DNA from: Gemmatimonadales bacterium
Lineage (GTDB): Bacteria; Gemmatimonadota; Gemmatimonadetes; Gemmatimonadales; GWC2-71-9
Direction of reading: 5' to 3'
DNA: 64,000 nt
Assembly (NCBI GenBank): GCA_037189525.1
Contig: JBBCJC010000002.1
Span: forward strand, 320,001-384,000
Shown: positions 61,014 through 64,000 of the stretch, one piece after another
Layout: each line of letters opens with the position of its first letter
How positions within the stretch are numbered: position 1 is the first letter of the stretch
Notes under the pieces: generated by a model
Seen by the model: the letters and a program-made list of their open reading frames with translations, nothing else
The model's database searches: none
Told to the model about the DNA's origin: nothing
Made by a program: the position numbers and the translations under genes

Positions 61014-61913
61014 ATGAGCCAAGATAACCTCGTCGGCCGCACGGTGGCCGGGTACACGCTCCTCGAGTACGTCGGCGAGGGCGGCACCGCCACCGTTTAT
61101 CGCGCAACGCACCCAGAACGGGGCGTTGCCGCGGTCAAGATTCTGCGCATTCGCATGTCGCAGGATCCGGTCGCCGTCAAACGTTTTCTCCGCGAAGCCG
61201 AGTTCGGGGCCCGCCTCGATCATCCCAATATCGTCCGCACCTACGAGTATGGTGAAGCGGAGGATATGTACTACCTCGCGCTCGAGTGGGCTGCCGGAGA
61301 ACCGCTTGCCAATTTTCTGACAGCGTCGGGGCCGCTGGCCCCTGACGTGGTGGCCAAAATCGTCGCCCAGTTGGCGGCGGCGCTGACGGTTGCGCATCGA
61401 GCCGGGATCATCCACCGTGATCTCAAGCCCGCCAACATCATGTACGACCCCGCCACGCAGACGGCCCGTCTGCTGGACTTCGGGATCGCGCGGGATCAGG
61501 AGGACGACCCCAACCAGCGGCTCACCAAGGCGGGGTTCTTCGTCGGGACGCTCCAATATGTCGCGCCCGAGGCGTTGAGCGGCGAACTGGTGAAAGAGCA
61601 GGCCGACGTCTACAGCTTGGCTACGATTGCGTACCATCTGCTAACCGGGCAGCTCCCGTACCCCGGGAAGAACCCAAGGGAGTTGTTCCAGCAACTCCTC
61701 TCCAAGCCGCCCATTCCGCTCAGCCAGGCGGCGCGCAACCTCAAGTTCTCGTCGGAGCTCGAAGCCGCCGTGATGCGCGGCCTCAACCGCGACTTGGGCG
61801 AGCGCTGGAAAACGGTCGGCGAGTTTGCCGAGGCCTTTTGCGCCGCGGCAACTCAGGAAGACAAGAACAAAGGCGGATTTCTCTCCTCGCTCTTCCGAAA
61901 GCGGCCGTCATGA
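61014..61913 (+). CDS. Ser/Thr protein kinase (cytoplasmic, kinase domain only)
   Basis: GEGGTATVY, AVK, HRDLKPANI, DFG, APE. Confidence 0.95.
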   Translation: MSQDNLVGRTVAGYTLLEYVGEGGTATVYRATHPERGVAAVKILRIRMSQDPVAVKRFLREAEFGARLDHPNIVRTYEYGEAEDMYYLALEWAAGEPLANFLTASGPLAPDVVAKIVAQLAAALTVAHRAGIIHRDLKPANIMYDPATQTARLLDFGIARDQEDDPNQRLTKAGFFVGTLQYVAPEALSGELVKEQADVYSLATIAYHLLTGQLPYPGKNPRELFQQLLSKPPIPLSQAARNLKFSSELEAAVMRGLNRDLGERWKTVGEFAEAFCAAATQEDKNKGGFLSSLFRKRPS

Positions 61914-62482
61914 GCAACCTCCAGGCCCTCGAATCTCTGCTCCTGGCCCGCTCGCTGGCGTTCGGCGATTTCACCCTCTCCTCCGGTCAACGGTCTTCGT
62001 ACTACATCGACGCCCGCAAGACGACCATGTCGGCCGAGGGGTTGGAGCTGATCGGCCGGTTGGGACTGGACCTGATTCGTGGCTGTGGCTGGGCGCCGCG
62101 GTCGGTCGGGGGCCTCACCATGGGCGCCGATCCGGTCGCGTATGCCGTGGCCCTGGCCAGTCGCCAGAGCCCGCCGATCCTGGACGGGTTCAGCGTCCGG
62201 AAGGCGACCAAGGAGCATGGCACCAAGCGCCGAGTCGAGGGGAACTTCGACGCCGGTGATCAGGTGGTGATCGTCGAGGACGTCCTGACTTCAGGCGGGT
62301 CGGCCATTCAGGCGGTCGACGCCGTTCGGGCCGAAGGCGGCATCGTGCTGGGTGTGCTTGCGGTCGTCGACCGGGAACAGGGCGGGCGGCAGGCGATCGA
62401 GTCCAAGCAAATAGAGGTTGTAACTATTACTACTATTTCCCGCCTGGGCATCGACCCCACTTCGGGCAAGCGAATCGGCTGA
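61910..62482 (+). CDS. pyrE: Orotate phosphoribosyltransferase
   Basis: FTLSSGQRSSYYID, RKATKEHG, VEDVLTSGGS. Confidence 0.95.
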   Translation: MSNLQALESLLLARSLAFGDFTLSSGQRSSYYIDARKTTMSAEGLELIGRLGLDLIRGCGWAPRSVGGLTMGADPVAYAVALASRQSPPILDGFSVRKATKEHGTKRRVEGNFDAGDQVVIVEDVLTSGGSAIQAVDAVRAEGGIVLGVLAVVDREQGGRQAIESKQIEVVTITTISRLGIDPTSGKRIG

Positions 62483-62530
62483 CCCGTAAAGACCTCGCGA
62501 CAACGACAACCAATGCGATGCCCATCCCGT

Positions 62531-63553
62531 TCAGGCGGGAGTCGTTCCGGTGTGCCCATCCGTCGGCCGGCGCCGCTCGAGCAGCTTGGACCAGGTATCG
62601 GGCCGAGCCTCGGCCGGCACCGCAACGCCGACCAGGTCGGGGGCCGGGCTCCGGTGAACGCCGTGCTTCGGGGGGCGACCCGGACGCCCGGCCACCAGCG
62701 GGTGGAATGCCATCCATTGGCGAACAAAAGGGACGATCAGCAGGGCAACGAAACGATCGATCGCACTGTCGAACGTAAAGCGGCGGCGGAACTCGCTGGC
62801 AGTAATCCCGAGCATGGCACGGAGATGCCGTCCGAGACTCTGGGGTGACGAGTAGACCAGGCGGTATGCAACGTCGGCGACCGACAACGCATCGTTCTCG
62901 AAGTACTGCGCTGCGTAAAGCAGGCGGATGGCGGCCATGTAGGTTTTGGGCGAGGGCAGGTTGGCGCGCTGAAACCGCGACATCAGGGTGCTGGGCCGCA
63001 TCCGTGCCTGACCGGCCAGGTGACGGGCAACCGGGGTAGTGGGAGCCACGCGAATCATGATTTCGAGGAAGAGCCTCGTATCGGCGGGCAGCTCGGGGAG
63101 CGCGGACAACACGCGCGCCGTAATCCGCGCCGCCGCCCGCGAGGCCGGCTCGGCCACGATTCGCCGGAGCCGCGACCAGCCCGCCGGGCCGGTCACGTCG
63201 ACCACGTGCCGAACCCCGGTGGCGCCCAACCGGAGCAGGGCTTCCGGGGCGTTGGGGTCCTGCCGGGTCAGGAGTGCCACGGTCGGGATGTCAGGGAATC
63301 GGCGGACCAGCTTGTCGATATCCTGGACCTCCGTACCTTGACAATCATGGATCGAGAAGACGATCGCGTCGACGGGTCGTTCCCGCACCGCTCGCAACGC
63401 ATCCGGCAGCGAGGGGCGGTGGACCACGGAAAAGCAGCCGAGACCGGCCGCTTCGAGGCTCGCGCGTTCCTGGACCGACACCACCGCCGCGACGGTGACA
63501 CCCGCTTGGTGCAGCAGACTCATGGATTGCCCGACCTGGATAGGTCGAGGCAA
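62531..63553 (-). CDS. AraC-family regulator with receiver-like N-terminus (start uncertain)
   Basis: C-terminal SVADVAYRLVYSSPQSLGRHLR...GITASEFR. Confidence 0.8.
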   Translation of the reverse strand: MPRPIQVGQSMSLLHQAGVTVAAVVSVQERASLEAAGLGCFSVVHRPSLPDALRAVRERPVDAIVFSIHDCQGTEVQDIDKLVRRFPDIPTVALLTRQDPNAPEALLRLGATGVRHVVDVTGPAGWSRLRRIVAEPASRAAARITARVLSALPELPADTRLFLEIMIRVAPTTPVARHLAGQARMRPSTLMSRFQRANLPSPKTYMAAIRLLYAAQYFENDALSVADVAYRLVYSSPQSLGRHLRAMLGITASEFRRRFTFDSAIDRFVALLIVPFVRQWMAFHPLVAGRPGRPPKHGVHRSPAPDLVGVAVPAEARPDTWSKLLERRRPTDGHTGTTPA

Positions 63554-63633
63554 CGTCGCGAGACTGGCTCAACCTGGCGTCAACCGGCGGCCGAGACCGA
63601 AGCAACGCGAATGGGGAGCCTGGGCACACGATC

Positions 63634-64000
63634 ATGACCGCGGGACCGACCATGCCTCCGTCCGGTTTCGGCGACGCCTTCGAGCGCGCGCTGGGTCATC
63701 AGTACCGGATCGAACGCGAGATCGGGCGCGGTGGCATGGGCATCGTCTATCGCGCCCGCGACCTGACGCTCGATCGCCTGGTCGCCATCAAGGTGGTCCA
63801 TCCGGAACTGGCCGCGAATCCCACCATCGCGAGCCGCTTCCTGGCCGAGGCTCGGACCGTAGCCAAGCTGCGCCACCCGCACATCGTGACGATTCACGCC
63901 GCCGGCGCCGTCGACGGATACCTGTACTATGTGATGGATCACCACGAAGGCGAGACGCTGCGCCAGCGCTTGGTGCGCGAAGGACGGCTGACCCCGGAGT
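63634..64000 (+). CDS. Ser/Thr protein kinase (3' truncated by window edge)
   Basis: YRIEREIGRGGMGIVYRARD...VAIK...LRHPHIV; alt start 63652. Confidence 0.9.
   Translation, partial: MTAGPTMPPSGFGDAFERALGHQYRIEREIGRGGMGIVYRARDLTLDRLVAIKVVHPELAANPTIASRFLAEARTVAKLRHPHIVTIHAAGAVDGYLYYVMDHHEGETLRQRLVREGRLTPE

Overview
GC-rich bacterial chromosome segment. Gemmatimonadota-like is an inference from gene content (GWxTD protein, stand-alone Ser/Thr kinases, duplicated orphan ABC permease); no taxonomic search was run. It lies near the partition locus (mnmG, three parS sites, parA-parB, M23 peptidase, bactofilin). Most of the window is housekeeping: a TolC/HlyD/ABC-2 efflux operon, a nucleoside-type ABC importer, a SUF operon with a bacilliredoxin, polA, pyrE and RNase D. 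The main exception is a visibly lower-GC island (~6.6-19.9 kb) carrying a lasso-peptide gene cluster. It encodes a fused RRE-leader peptidase (B), a lasso cyclase (C), a 61-aa precursor at 9738-9923 with a predicted Thr1-Asp9 ring containing CxxC, an FkbH-like glyceryl-transferase with no ACP nearby, an S9 peptidase whose nucleophile is Cys instead of Ser, an ABC permease, and two sigma-54 activators (one decayed). The island is bracketed by two diverged, reciprocally deleted copies of the same TetR-efflux-DUF885 locus. A candidate ECF-sigma-driven small RNA lies at ~50150-50245. All calls come from motif reading by eye.
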